Part shown: piece by piece, positions 46,318-57,213 of the stretch
How positions within the stretch are numbered: position 1 is the stretch's first letter
Layout: each line of letters opens with the position of its first letter
Origin: a virus
Taxonomy: Duplodnaviria > Caudoviricetes
Length of the DNA stretch: 64,000 bases
Direction: 5' to 3' (one strand)
Virus record (IMG/VR): IMGVR_UViG_3300002220_000062
Coordinates: 27,454-91,453 of that record
The notes under the pieces: model-generated
What the model was told of the DNA's origin: nothing
Databases searched by the model: none
The model's input: only the letters and a program-made list of their open reading frames with translations
Translations under genes and position numbers: made by a program

Positions 46318-47922
46318 TTATTTACCTTTTTTAGTTTTATCTCCTCCTATTAAATCTTGTACTTGTTTCCAAACATCAGAAGTAGATATTTGTTTTCCAT
46401 CTTTATCAGTGTAATATTCACCAGTCCATTTGTAACCAAACATTTTTTGAACCATTTTCTTATCCAAATGTTCTTTACTAATCTTCCCAACATCTTCAAA
46501 TAATGCTGATTTAAGGTTAGATTTAGTAGTTTCAAATGCAGCTTTGTCTCTTGCAGACCTATCTAAGAAATCTCTATCTAATTCTGCATTTACTGTATCT
46601 CCTTGTTGTTTAAATTGTTGTCCTTTTGCAGACTCTCCAGCTTTTATCTGGTCTATACCAGACATTATTGCAGATTGCCCTTTTAATTTATTTAAACCAG
46701 CAGCTTGTAAATTAGTTTGTAAATTACCAGCATTACCTGTGGCTCCTTCAGTAAGAGCCCTCTCAGTATTTTGTTGGTTTAGTATATTTAATTCTCTAGC
46801 TTCATCTGGATTATATTCTTTATAAACACTATCTAATCTTGTTCCTCTTTGTGTAGGAGATTTCTTTAAATTCTTTAACTCTAATAGATTACTAGCTATT
46901 GGAGCAAACTGTCCAATGTTAGCTGCATTTTCATATGTCCAATCTAAAGCTCTTCCTGCTAATGTTTTATTTTTAAAGTCTGGAATAGTTGGTCCGCTTC
47001 CAAAGTTTAAATTAGATGTATCAGGTTGTGTTTGTTCTGCATAATTATTTAATGTAGTTGGAGTTTGCCCCCATACAGAAGGATTAAATAATTTCTCATC
47101 TGTTGGAACTAATGGTTTACTTAAGTCACTATAATTATAATTACCTTTACCATCTCTAAATCCTCCTGTTCCTAACTCTCTTACAACATGTCCTGGTTTT
47201 TTTCTAATATTACCACTCATTATGCCACCATAAGCAAAATCACTTTGTCTAAGTTCAGCATTTTGTGAACCAACAAATCTTTGATTAGCAATTTCCATTT
47301 CTTTCTTTCCACCACCAAAAACAGAACCAAGTAAATCAGCACCTCCTTTTACAATAGCCATAGGGTCACCTGTAACAATACCTTTTCCTAAATTTACAGC
47401 TCCTCCAATTCCTTTAGATAATTTATCTTTTTTGAATTGATTAATATCATAATGTTGGTCTCCTTTTACATTTACATTTGGTTTTCCAAATATATCTTGT
47501 CCAGCAGTTAATAAACTCTGAGCAGCTCCTCCTATATTTCCTATACCTGCACCTACTTCTGGAGTAGCACTACTATTAGGTCCAATACCAGTATCAATAG
47601 CTCCATCTGCATTCCACATTTGTTGTGCTTCACCACCATAAGCCATTTGTCCTTCTTGTGGTTCCATAAATTCACTCATTCCTTCAGGAACTTGCCCATC
47701 CATTTGGTCAGGTATTTGTTGAGATTGAGTTTTAATAGCTTCTTGCATCTTAAGGAACTCCTGTTTTTTCATTATAGATTTAAGTAATGCCTCTTTAGTA
47801 GCTATTGAGGCATTATCATTTCTACCTTCAAACCTCTTCATTACAGAAGCAGATTCATCAGCTATAGTATTACCTTTTACCCAAGCTGGTATATTGAATT
47901 GTTTATTTAAATCTTGTGTCAT
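46318..47922 (-). CDS. Putative virion cargo protein with AYGG motifs
   Basis: Gly/Gln-rich; MAYGG and FAYGG; ATG 47922 preferred. Confidence 0.6.
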   Translation of the reverse strand: MTQDLNKQFNIPAWVKGNTIADESASVMKRFEGRNDNASIATKEALLKSIMKKQEFLKMQEAIKTQSQQIPDQMDGQVPEGMSEFMEPQEGQMAYGGEAQQMWNADGAIDTGIGPNSSATPEVGAGIGNIGGAAQSLLTAGQDIFGKPNVNVKGDQHYDINQFKKDKLSKGIGGAVNLGKGIVTGDPMAIVKGGADLLGSVFGGGKKEMEIANQRFVGSQNAELRQSDFAYGGIMSGNIRKKPGHVVRELGTGGFRDGKGNYNYSDLSKPLVPTDEKLFNPSVWGQTPTTLNNYAEQTQPDTSNLNFGSGPTIPDFKNKTLAGRALDWTYENAANIGQFAPIASNLLELKNLKKSPTQRGTRLDSVYKEYNPDEARELNILNQQNTERALTEGATGNAGNLQTNLQAAGLNKLKGQSAIMSGIDQIKAGESAKGQQFKQQGDTVNAELDRDFLDRSARDKAAFETTKSNLKSALFEDVGKISKEHLDKKMVQKMFGYKWTGEYYTDKDGKQISTSDVWKQVQDLIGGDKTKKGK

Positions 47923-47926
47923 CTTA

Positions 47927-49399
47927 TTATTTTTTAAATACACCACTTGATGTTATTCTGTTTGAAAATATATATTTCCCCATATCTCTGAAGTTAAATG
48001 AGGTCTCACCTTGTTCTACTGAAGCTTTAGGTCCTAACATAACTCCACCATTTGGGTTAGTTTCGTGCCTTCCACCTACACCATATGATGAAAAAGAGCC
48101 ACCATATAAAGCTTGTCCTATTGAGCCACCATAAGCAGCCATATTATTATTTATATTGCCTTGATTATTACTAGCAACAGTATTTAATATTTCTTTTAAC
48201 TCCTCTGGTTTATAATATCTTGCTGTTTTACTAGTTTTTTCATCCTGCATTAACCTATTAATCATTTCATCATCTATAGGTTGTCCTGGAGTTACATTTA
48301 AAAATTGCCTCATTTCCATAATACGAGGATACAACTCACCATTTTGCCCCATATACTCAGCTTGTTTAATTGCTCCTCTTCCATTAAATTGACCAAATTC
48401 AGAATTAGCTGCTTCACTAGTTGTATTTCCTGGATATTTATTTCTTAGAGATTTAAGTGGCCCATTGTTCTTCATTAGATACTTAGAAAGATTATTACTT
48501 ATGTCTTCTGTTGCGTGTGTATATTCATGAGTAGCTGTTCCTATAGTTGGATTACCAAAGTATTCTATATTACTATTTTGGTATCTTCCAGTAGTTCCTG
48601 GTACTTCACCTTTAATCTCTGACGTTGTATTTTTTAAATTTGTTAAACCTTTTTTAAATACTTCATTATCTATTCCTAAATTAGTTTGTGAAGTAGTAGG
48701 TTCACCAGACATATTTGCTCTATATCTTTTTCTAGTTTCTGGATGTGTCATCCAATTAGTAACAAAATCTTTACCTTGTTGTACATTATCTTTTTTAACT
48801 GGTGGGTCAATTCCACCACCATAAGCATACATGCCAATAGGAGCTTCCTCTTTAGTAGCAAAAGGTCTGCCAAATACTTCAGTATCTCTAACAAATGGTT
48901 TTGGATTTATATCTTCTAAAGGAGTATATGTACCTTTAAAATTTTCTATTCTTTCTTTTCTATGTTTTCTTGGTCCAGACCAATGGTAATTAGCCCAAAA
49001 ATCTGGAACTGTTTCTTTTCCAGACATTACATTAGCCAAATCTGCTCTAGGATGTTCCCTCATATTACCAAGATATAAAATATCTTGTTGTTCAGGTGTT
49101 AAGGTAGTTGCGTCTAAAGATTCTCCTTGAGTAGATTTCTCTAACCATTTTGGTATAGGATTATTATTTCTAGTATAATAATCTTTTAATCTTCTAGCTG
49201 CAGTAATACCACCTTTATTCTTACCAACTTCAAATTGATATTTACCTCTTCCTGGGCCACCACCTACTTGTTTTTGTGTATGTGATAAGGAACCACCAGT
49301 TTCATGATTGGCAATACTATTAAGTAAGTGGAGGTACTGTTTTTTAGTACCTCCCTTTTCTTTTATTAACGCCTCTATGAGTTTGTTTAGTTCATTCAT
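47927..49399 (-). CDS. Virion protein with a lysozyme-like N-terminal domain and a zincin-like domain
   Basis: IANHETGG...GRGKYQFE...TPEQQD (lysozyme-like pattern); ATHEYTHA (HExxH); AYGG linkers. Confidence 0.6.
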   Translation of the reverse strand: MNELNKLIEALIKEKGGTKKQYLHLLNSIANHETGGSLSHTQKQVGGGPGRGKYQFEVGKNKGGITAARRLKDYYTRNNNPIPKWLEKSTQGESLDATTLTPEQQDILYLGNMREHPRADLANVMSGKETVPDFWANYHWSGPRKHRKERIENFKGTYTPLEDINPKPFVRDTEVFGRPFATKEEAPIGMYAYGGGIDPPVKKDNVQQGKDFVTNWMTHPETRKRYRANMSGEPTTSQTNLGIDNEVFKKGLTNLKNTTSEIKGEVPGTTGRYQNSNIEYFGNPTIGTATHEYTHATEDISNNLSKYLMKNNGPLKSLRNKYPGNTTSEAANSEFGQFNGRGAIKQAEYMGQNGELYPRIMEMRQFLNVTPGQPIDDEMINRLMQDEKTSKTARYYKPEELKEILNTVASNNQGNINNNMAAYGGSIGQALYGGSFSSYGVGGRHETNPNGGVMLGPKASVEQGETSFNFRDMGKYIFSNRITSSGVFKK

Positions 49400-49405
49400 A
49401 TTTTA

Positions 49406-49437
49406 CAAATATACGAAATAAAATTTATTATTCCAAG
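49406..49437 (-). promoter_or_regulatory. Bacteroidota-type promoter for the cargo/RNAP operon
   Basis: Minus strand CTTGGAA-N17-TATATTTG, 6 nt before ATG 49399. Confidence 0.7.
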
Positions 49438-49480
49438 TTAATTAAGATATATTATATAATAAAATATATTATATGTTATA

Positions 49481-52400
49481 TTATACAGTATATGAGATTG
49501 TAATATCATGCAAAATTAACTTATAATTCGATGTATTATCTAATTCTAATTTTAAGAAAATCCAAGGATTTCTTATTCTATTTCTACCATCTCTAGGTAT
49601 CTCTGCTTTCCATTCTCTAAACTTACGTCTTAGGTTTTTATCTCTACCTACTACTAAAGGAATTTTACCAGAGTTTTGATATTCACTATAAGCTTGTATA
49701 CTTGTTAATGTTTTATCTGGTTGGTCTATATCTTTTAAGTATAACTCTGAATTAAAAAATACAGAATCAAATACACAAGATATATCACTTTCTGGATTTA
49801 CTTGTAGTATAATATAACTTGGTGCATATTCTCCATAGAAATGGTTGTATAATCCTTTATTATGTTCATAAATAGTAGGTGTTGTATTACTAGGGATTGA
49901 AATAAGCCTCTCTCCTTTATTAATATACATAGAAGGATTATATACCTTCAAATCTACAAACTGGTCTAATAACTCATTAAAACATCTTGTAAAGGATTTA
50001 TCTCCTTGTAAAAACGTAAAGTATACGTCATTATTATAATTATCTTTTCCAAATAGAACTCCAGTACCTAATATCGGGTTATCTTTTCTTAAAGTTGTAT
50101 AATCATAATTATTATTAAAGTATGTATGAAATCCTTTAGTATCTGTTAATGACATACCAACAGCGTCTGGAACTCTACCTATGCCTTTATTAAGTGCATC
50201 ATAATAATAGATACCTCGTTTAGTACTTGTAATACCCCATTTATTAATACTACCAGAACTAGTTGTTAAATAATTATAATTATATAATACACTACCAGTT
50301 CCTAATTCAATCCCTACACCATCATTAGCTTGGATTTGAACTCTAGGATTAATAATAATTTTAGATATAGCCTCATCCTGAAATGCATATACCTCATCAT
50401 TAAATGACATTATGTTATTAATAGGTCCAAATTTACCATTTAAATCTAATACTTCATTTTCAAGTATATCTGTCCAACTATCAATAGATTCATTAGGAAT
50501 TTTAAGTTTAGTAGCTTGTACTCTTGTATCAAAGTTTTCAACTCTTCTAAATGTAGATTCTAAATTTGTAGTTTTAATAAGAGTTGGTTGTTGACTATAA
50601 ACTCTATTATATTCATGATATTCATTGTAGGTAGGTTGAAATCTAGAGTCCCACGTAGAAGATGATAAATCATTTCTATTCTTTAAATCTACAGTAGTCT
50701 CTAACTTAACTGATACTATTTCACTTAATTGTACTACACCTGTAGAGTATACTTCTACATCTGTTTTACCTATTCTTAAGAATTTAAATGTTTGTACATA
50801 AGTATCTCCTGCATTATCTATAGTTACTTCACTAGTTCCTATATCAGTATAAGTACCTATTTGTAAATATTTTGTTCTTCTTTTATCTTCATATGAAATA
50901 CCACTATATATACCACTAAAATAAATATCATTTAATGGTCTAATAAATTCAGTTACTAAAATAGAAGAGGTATTATTTATACCAGACTGTGTATATAAAT
51001 TTTCCATCAAAATACGATTATATGATGGTATATCTTCATTATCCCCTCTATCTAATACAAATGTATAATTTTTAGCACCATAAGAATTAATACTAATAAT
51101 AGCTCTTGATAATTCACCATCTTTAACAAAACTATCTTCTCCATCAGATAAAAATCCTTCTAATGTATTTGAATAAGTATATTTAGAATTATTATTATAA
51201 ACAGTTCTACCTTGTCCCCTAACAGTTAATTCTGGGCTTCCATATATATTATATATTTTAGAAGTTGGAGAATTTATAAATGTTGTAAATTCCCTAATAT
51301 ATTGATTAAATGTTAAATCAACATCAGGAGTTGAACCATTTGGGTCTGAAATCATACCCCTATCAACAATACTCAATACACTACCATTAAGTGATAAATT
51401 TGAACCACCTGATGCATGTGGGCTTAATTTATTTAAAGCCTTTCCTTCAACAGCCACAACTTTTGAAGCTATAATTCTACGTTGCCCCCACCATGCATTA
51501 TATGTATTTTGTAATCCACCAACTACTCTTAGTTGTGTAGAAGTACTAAGAGATACAGAATCAAACATTATCTCAGGAGAATACATTTGATACATAGCAG
51601 TATATTGATATACATCAGCTGCCCTTTGTGATGGGCTATATTGTACCTCTGTAAAAAAATTATTTGTTTTACTACTGTTAGCAGCACCAGCTTGCATTAC
51701 TGCTAAATGTAAATTTGGTTTTAAAGGAACAACCTCTTCAAATGTACGTAATAAGAAGTTTGGTATTTTAACCTGTACATCACTATCATTTCTTTTTTCT
51801 GGAACAGTGTATAGTGTAGCACCTTGGCTATCTCTTGGAGAACTTATCATCATACCACCTATAACTCCTTGACACATAATAGTTCTATCATTAAGTGTTC
51901 TATCTGCTCTAATTACAGTATATCCTACTGGTTTTTCACTTTCAGAACTAAAGTTATAACTATTTAACCAAGTATAAAAAGCTGAAGTTAAATTAACTTT
52001 TATAGTATTATAGTTACCTTGTAAGTTACCACTAGGCATCTTGTAGTCACAAGTCCATTGTGGTAATGAAGTTTGTCCTAGATTATTGTAGAAGGTTATA
52101 CCAAACCTATAAATTTCTCTGTCTTTTAAGAGTCTATACTCTTCTGGTTTATCTAATGATTTTTGTACTATTTCTAATTCTATAAATTTACCAGTTGCTC
52201 CAAGTATTGAAGAATTGAATTTATATTTTAAACCATCATAATCTAAATTAATAGCATCATGATTTGTAGGTACAATAAAACTATTAGTAACAGTTAATTT
52301 ACTTCCACTAGTTATATTTGTAGTTGGGTTAAGTACAATATCCTTATATATATTTGTAGTTTGTGCATTCAATCCAAATGAGTATGCTCTACAATCTAAT

Positions 52401-53530
52401 TCTTTAGGTAATAGAAACTCACTTGATTGTATATTAGCCATAAACAATCTATTATCTTTTGATTCTATATGTTTTGGTATTATAGGATTTGAACCTAAAA
52501 ATATTAATTCTTCTAAAGTTAGAGAACTTATTGTACTACCATCATCATATAGTAATAATGAACCATCAGCATCTATTTCTTTTTCCTCTATTAAACTAAT
52601 AGATGGTATCTCACCATATGATGTATATTTAATTGCATATACTCTAATGTAGTCATAAGATGAATCTATATTAGCTATTTCTATAATAGGAATAGCACCA
52701 ACAACTTCATTTAATGCACCACCACCAAGATTATTACCTTTATCTAAAGATACTAATTCTGATAATGGACTTAATTTTGTCTGTGAGGAATTTAATCTAA
52801 ATAAATTATATGCATATTGAATCATCCCAGCAGTATGTGTACCACCAGAAACAACATCTTTAATTATAGGTTGCGAGAAATCAACAGTACCAACGAAGTT
52901 AATACTTGAAGAAGAGATATCAATAAGTGAATCATTCCCTTCTATTGATGTATGATTTAAATTTATTGCTCTAATTTGTTGCTTTCCATCTACCCAATAA
53001 ACTTTCTGAATGTTTTCATTTTCATAATTAAATATTGCTTGTATTGGATTATTAACAGAAAATGATAAATGTCTTACATATATTAACTCTAAATCATATT
53101 CACCTGTTAATACATTATTAAGTCTCCAAATACAATCCATACCAGTATTACTAGTAGAAAATATAATAATAGCATCTCTAGTAGTAGTATGTCCAATTAT
53201 AATATGTTCATTGGTATATCTAGGTAATAAATCAGCATCTAATTGTGTATCTATTTCCCCACTAGTAGTAAACAAAATAGATTTAGTACCATATTCAATT
53301 GTACCAGCTTTTGCTGGTGTAACTAAATCATTGATACCAAATATAGTAGTTGCTGGTAATGATATAATTAACTCTGTGCCTTTTTCATTAGTTAATTCTC
53401 CAGTAGATTGTGTATCTGTGGAGGTTATTCTAATATGTTGAGCATCAAAATAATATTGAAATGGATGTTTGGATTTAGCTATATCTTGATTAGCTCCACC
53501 AAATGTATATTTTACTTGTTTATTTGCCAT
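49481..53530 (-). CDS. Tail stabilization/muzzle protein (P22 gp10-like, crAss-type)
   Basis: About 1350 aa, beta-rich; ENIQKVYWVDG, DSWTD...GKFGPI, RIRNPW; position after the ring protein genes. Confidence 0.75.
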   Translation of the reverse strand: MANKQVKYTFGGANQDIAKSKHPFQYYFDAQHIRITSTDTQSTGELTNEKGTELIISLPATTIFGINDLVTPAKAGTIEYGTKSILFTTSGEIDTQLDADLLPRYTNEHIIIGHTTTRDAIIIFSTSNTGMDCIWRLNNVLTGEYDLELIYVRHLSFSVNNPIQAIFNYENENIQKVYWVDGKQQIRAINLNHTSIEGNDSLIDISSSSINFVGTVDFSQPIIKDVVSGGTHTAGMIQYAYNLFRLNSSQTKLSPLSELVSLDKGNNLGGGALNEVVGAIPIIEIANIDSSYDYIRVYAIKYTSYGEIPSISLIEEKEIDADGSLLLYDDGSTISSLTLEELIFLGSNPIIPKHIESKDNRLFMANIQSSEFLLPKELDCRAYSFGLNAQTTNIYKDIVLNPTTNITSGSKLTVTNSFIVPTNHDAINLDYDGLKYKFNSSILGATGKFIELEIVQKSLDKPEEYRLLKDREIYRFGITFYNNLGQTSLPQWTCDYKMPSGNLQGNYNTIKVNLTSAFYTWLNSYNFSSESEKPVGYTVIRADRTLNDRTIMCQGVIGGMMISSPRDSQGATLYTVPEKRNDSDVQVKIPNFLLRTFEEVVPLKPNLHLAVMQAGAANSSKTNNFFTEVQYSPSQRAADVYQYTAMYQMYSPEIMFDSVSLSTSTQLRVVGGLQNTYNAWWGQRRIIASKVVAVEGKALNKLSPHASGGSNLSLNGSVLSIVDRGMISDPNGSTPDVDLTFNQYIREFTTFINSPTSKIYNIYGSPELTVRGQGRTVYNNNSKYTYSNTLEGFLSDGEDSFVKDGELSRAIISINSYGAKNYTFVLDRGDNEDIPSYNRILMENLYTQSGINNTSSILVTEFIRPLNDIYFSGIYSGISYEDKRRTKYLQIGTYTDIGTSEVTIDNAGDTYVQTFKFLRIGKTDVEVYSTGVVQLSEIVSVKLETTVDLKNRNDLSSSTWDSRFQPTYNEYHEYNRVYSQQPTLIKTTNLESTFRRVENFDTRVQATKLKIPNESIDSWTDILENEVLDLNGKFGPINNIMSFNDEVYAFQDEAISKIIINPRVQIQANDGVGIELGTGSVLYNYNYLTTSSGSINKWGITSTKRGIYYYDALNKGIGRVPDAVGMSLTDTKGFHTYFNNNYDYTTLRKDNPILGTGVLFGKDNYNNDVYFTFLQGDKSFTRCFNELLDQFVDLKVYNPSMYINKGERLISIPSNTTPTIYEHNKGLYNHFYGEYAPSYIILQVNPESDISCVFDSVFFNSELYLKDIDQPDKTLTSIQAYSEYQNSGKIPLVVGRDKNLRRKFREWKAEIPRDGRNRIRNPWIFLKLELDNTSNYKLILHDITISYTV

Positions 53531-53534
53531 AGCA

Positions 53535-54272
53535 TTAAGAAAATTTTCTAATTTGTTCCTTAGCACCACTGCCTTTATAGAAATTATTGTGGGCTTGTGT
53601 ATTAATTATTAATCTATTAATAGTATTCATTATACTTTCTAAATGGTCTATTCCTGATAGTTTCATAGAAGTATCAGCACCACCCATATAGAAATGTCTT
53701 TTTTGTTCTATATAATTAAATGCTTTATCAGTTATTTTACCCATAATCCATATAGGTTCTAAAAATCTATGTAGAATGTAATATTCTATTGCCATAGATA
53801 ATTTAGCATCATCTGGTATAAGAGGATATCCATCTTCATCTACAATTAATGCTTTATAACTTATTTGTACATTACCACTAGGGACAGATAGATACATAAT
53901 ACCTTTTTGTGTAGTATACGTATATTCACCTACTAATTGTTTACCTTCTTCATTTTCACCACATTCTATAGCCATATGATAAATATCAGTAGCATGTCTT
54001 AATGCAATAGCACCAGTATCATAACTATTAGGATTAAAGACAAGTCTAGCACCTCGTATTGTTAATAATTCAGATGGTAATGCAACTTTATAATTTGATA
54101 TAACTAAAGGAGGATTAGTAACTTTATCTTCAAAGGATAAAGGTGCTCCTAGCAGTCTTAAAACTTCTATAGCATATTCAGCCGCCTCCTCATAAGATAA
54201 GTCTGCTGCTAATGGGTTCCTAAGAACTTTCCATAGTATTGTTTTAAGCGATATTGTTTGGCCTGAATTCAT
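53535..54272 (-). CDS. Tail ring/tubular protein (P22 gp4-like)
   Basis: ISYKALIVDEDGYPLIPD...AIEYYI pattern; crAss-like tail gene order. Confidence 0.65.
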   Translation of the reverse strand: MNSGQTISLKTILWKVLRNPLAADLSYEEAAEYAIEVLRLLGAPLSFEDKVTNPPLVISNYKVALPSELLTIRGARLVFNPNSYDTGAIALRHATDIYHMAIECGENEEGKQLVGEYTYTTQKGIMYLSVPSGNVQISYKALIVDEDGYPLIPDDAKLSMAIEYYILHRFLEPIWIMGKITDKAFNYIEQKRHFYMGGADTSMKLSGIDHLESIMNTINRLIINTQAHNNFYKGSGAKEQIRKFS

Positions 54273-54283
54273 AATTTTTATTT

Positions 54284-54787
54284 TTAATATAATAAGAAAG
54301 CATCGAAGTTATCTTTATTTGGGTCTTTAATCCTTGTGCTAAGAGCTCTTTGAAACTTTCTACTTGGTTTGAATTTATATAAACTTTTATATTTTACTTT
54401 AGATTTAAATTTCTTACAATATATTCTGAACACATATCCAGAAGTATGTGAATTATTATATCTAACTAATATCTTTTTTTCTTTTGCCTCATTATCTTTA
54501 TTCCATAAGTCATTTGTGGCTTTCCAATCTATAGGTACATTATTAACAAGTTTACCATTTACTATCCTAGGTTTTCTTTTATCTTTCTTGATAAATATTT
54601 CTAAACCCAAAAAAGGTATATAGAATATAAGATTATGTTCAATAACCAATTCTATTATACCTGAATTAAAATCTGTAAGTATTTTATTAAAAAGTACAGC
54701 AGTTGTTTTATTGTTATACTTTTTATTATAATATTTATAATAATCACCTATCCCGTAATCTCCTTTGAATTTATGTATTCTTTCCAA
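54284..54787 (-). CDS. IHF/HU-like basic protein of the crAss tail module
   Basis: Very basic; IPFLGLEIFIKK...PIDWKAT...FKPSRKFQRAL. Confidence 0.6.
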   Translation of the reverse strand: MERIHKFKGDYGIGDYYKYYNKKYNNKTTAVLFNKILTDFNSGIIELVIEHNLIFYIPFLGLEIFIKKDKRKPRIVNGKLVNNVPIDWKATNDLWNKDNEAKEKKILVRYNNSHTSGYVFRIYCKKFKSKVKYKSLYKFKPSRKFQRALSTRIKDPNKDNFDAFLLY

Positions 54788-54788
54788 A

Positions 54789-55469
54789 TTAATCTGTACT
54801 ATCGTTTACTTTATCTTCTGGTACTTGAACTGAACGTAATAAATCTTTAATTATTTCTTCTCTTATTAAATCTATATAATGTGGTTGCAAGGGGTAGTCA
54901 GATGTTTGTATATCATAACAAGGAACTGCATCTTCACAACAACAAGTAGAGTATGCACTAAGACTAGTTGGGTCCTCAAATACTCCAGTTACTGTTATAC
55001 AATCTAATAATTTATAATCTTCTGATTTACTATATGCATATATATAATTATCTACATCAATGAAAGCATATATAGCATTAGGAAAAGGAGCATTTTCTAT
55101 AAAAGGTGCCCTATCTTTTTCTATAAAACTAAAAGGTATACCAATTCTATTAACTGGTTTTACTTTTGATATAGCTACTTTAGTATGAGATTCAATTGGT
55201 TTTGGTAATTTTTGTTTACTTCTAAGTATATTACCACAAGAGTAATCAACTGAACATTCATTAACTGAAACTTCTTCCATTGCTAAACATAAAGTTTGCT
55301 TAATAGAATTATCTATAGTTTTTTGAAAGTTATTTACATCCTGTCTTAAATACTTAGCTCTTTTAATATCATATAAATATAATATATATCTATCATCTAT
55401 CTCATAATCATCACTAAAAGCATTTATAGCTTCTCTGATATCATACACAAGTTCATTTACTTTTGCCAT
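54789..55469 (-). CDS. Tail ring/tubular protein
   Basis: ITVTGVFEDP...DYPL pattern; gene order. Confidence 0.6.
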   Translation of the reverse strand: MAKVNELVYDIREAINAFSDDYEIDDRYILYLYDIKRAKYLRQDVNNFQKTIDNSIKQTLCLAMEEVSVNECSVDYSCGNILRSKQKLPKPIESHTKVAISKVKPVNRIGIPFSFIEKDRAPFIENAPFPNAIYAFIDVDNYIYAYSKSEDYKLLDCITVTGVFEDPTSLSAYSTCCCEDAVPCYDIQTSDYPLQPHYIDLIREEIIKDLLRSVQVPEDKVNDSTD

Positions 55470-55473
55470 AATC

Positions 55474-55526
55474 TAAAAATTAAAAGCCCCACCCACTATG
55501 TTTTATTTTATAGTAGAAAGGGCTTT
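55474..55526 (-). terminator. Possible terminator or attenuator hairpin
   Basis: Minus strand AAAGCCC...CTACTAT/ATAGTGG...GGGCTTT followed by a T-rich run; imperfect stem. Confidence 0.45.
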
Positions 55527-55532
55527 AGGTAA

Positions 55533-56510
55533 TTATTTATTTATTAATAACCATTTTTTATAGTTTGTATCACTCATTTCAAACAGTCTATCATTATCTA
55601 AATCTCTCATAATGTGTTTAACTGTTCCTCTATTAGTTGTTACAGATTTAACTTTTTCTAAATCTATACCACCAGATATTGGTGACGTCTGTTTATTTTT
55701 ACCTTGTAAAACACCAAGATGAAACATAGGATTTTCCCATCCTTGTAATACTTTAAACACATGTTCTAATTGTATTACATCTTCATCACAGTATGTAAGC
55801 ATTTCTTGTAATGCTTTCTTATCATCTTTTAAGATAATTCTTTTCCACAAATCTATATTTGTTGAGATTTTTCCAGCATGACCTAATACTTTAGATATAT
55901 AATCTAGTTTATTAGACTGGAAATTAAATTTCTTTCTTGCTACTTTTAAAGTATCAAACTGTGGATAGTCTATTAGCATTTTTAATCCATGAATTAAAGC
56001 TCGTGTTTTAATCCATTTTAAATCAAAGTTATCACCATTATGAGCAACTATCATATCAGCCTCAGCCATAATGTCTATAAACTGTTCTAATAGAAATTTA
56101 TCATCATGATTTTTATCCCATACAAGATTGTATACTTGTTTTTCACCTAACCATTTGTAACTAATACAAATAATCTTTCTTTCTTCAATAATCTGTTCTG
56201 GTGAAATATTAACTTTAAATCCTGTTCTCCAAAACCAACCAATATTAAAACTAGTTTCAATATCATATATTAATACTTTTTGTTCTCTTCCTTCTGGATT
56301 TTCAATATCATCCTTTAATTCTTTATTAACTTCTCTGATTGCTTGCTTACAATCAGCTACAGTTGTTTGAAATCCTTTATTTAATAATACTTTTCTTAAT
56401 CTTTGTCCACCTTCTCGTAGGTATCCTTTTTTTACTCTTAGAAATTGTGCTATTTCATTTATATCTAGGTTAGTAGAATTACATTTTTTTAAATCTCCCA
56501 TATTTTCCAT
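55533..56510 (-). CDS. RNase H-like (DnaQ/DEDD) 3'-5' exonuclease
   Basis: IYDIETS, AHNGDNFDLKWI, DTLK, SNKLDY, YCDEDV. Confidence 0.85.
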   Translation of the reverse strand: MENMGDLKKCNSTNLDINEIAQFLRVKKGYLREGGQRLRKVLLNKGFQTTVADCKQAIREVNKELKDDIENPEGREQKVLIYDIETSFNIGWFWRTGFKVNISPEQIIEERKIICISYKWLGEKQVYNLVWDKNHDDKFLLEQFIDIMAEADMIVAHNGDNFDLKWIKTRALIHGLKMLIDYPQFDTLKVARKKFNFQSNKLDYISKVLGHAGKISTNIDLWKRIILKDDKKALQEMLTYCDEDVIQLEHVFKVLQGWENPMFHLGVLQGKNKQTSPISGGIDLEKVKSVTTNRGTVKHIMRDLDNDRLFEMSDTNYKKWLLINK

Positions 56511-57192
56511 TTTTAAATCTTCCTTTTAATGTACTATAATTAATTTTTAAATATTTAGAAAGGCTCATAATACTTTCAAATTGTAAGTTATTTTCTAAAT
56601 CTATAACTTTAATATTATTTGTTTTTGGATTTTCTATTTTAATTTTATATTTATTTTTAGGAGAATGTTTCCAAATATACCCATATGCTGTACATTGTCT
56701 ATTATTACAACAAGCAACAATATTTTTAGATTTTGGATTTTTATTATAAAAACTTTCTGCTATTTTTATACATTCCCATTTTTTGATTAAATTATTATTT
56801 AAATCATATTGATAAACATCTTTTCGTCTTCTACTTTTAATACCTTTATTATAAATACCACTTTTTAATTTTGTTTCTTCAGTCATTATATAATTAGCCA
56901 ACCCTTCTCCACCATCTGTTAAATTTGATAAACAACCTGTTTTCAAATCTTTTCTACCATATTGTTTTATTAAAAATATTTCTAATTCAATAGCCAATTC
57001 TTTGTTTAAATCTTCTGCAATTATTTCAATAGAGTAATCAGATTTTTTAATTATCTTTTCCCATAAATTATTTCTAATTTCTTTAGAATAAGGTCTTTTA
57101 ATATTACCAATTCCTATATAAAATATTTCATTAGTATCTAATCTTCTATGTCTATATACACAATATTTTTTCTCAATATTACCTATTTTCAT
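56479..57192 (-). CDS. GIY-YIG-family homing endonuclease with NUMOD1-like domains
   Basis: CVYRH...FYIGIG...R, ELEIFLI, LSNLTDGGEG; VYQYDLNNNLIKKW...TAYGYIWK; ATG 57192 preferred. Confidence 0.82.
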   Translation of the reverse strand: MKIGNIEKKYCVYRHRRLDTNEIFYIGIGNIKRPYSKEIRNNLWEKIIKKSDYSIEIIAEDLNKELAIELEIFLIKQYGRKDLKTGCLSNLTDGGEGLANYIMTEETKLKSGIYNKGIKSRRRKDVYQYDLNNNLIKKWECIKIAESFYNKNPKSKNIVACCNNRQCTAYGYIWKHSPKNKYKIKIENPKTNNIKVIDLENNLQFESIMSLSKYLKINYSTLKGRFKNGKYGRFKKM

Positions 57193-57213
57193 ATTATTTT
57201 TATAAATATAATA

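Noticed and set aside
49438-49480. AT-only quasi-palindromic stretch as an origin or structured RNA
   Set aside because: Too low in complexity to support a call; compatible with an AT-rich upstream promoter region.
27007-54623. Short plus-strand ORFs inside the minus-strand virion genes
   Set aside because: Antisense shadow frames lying within long coding genes.
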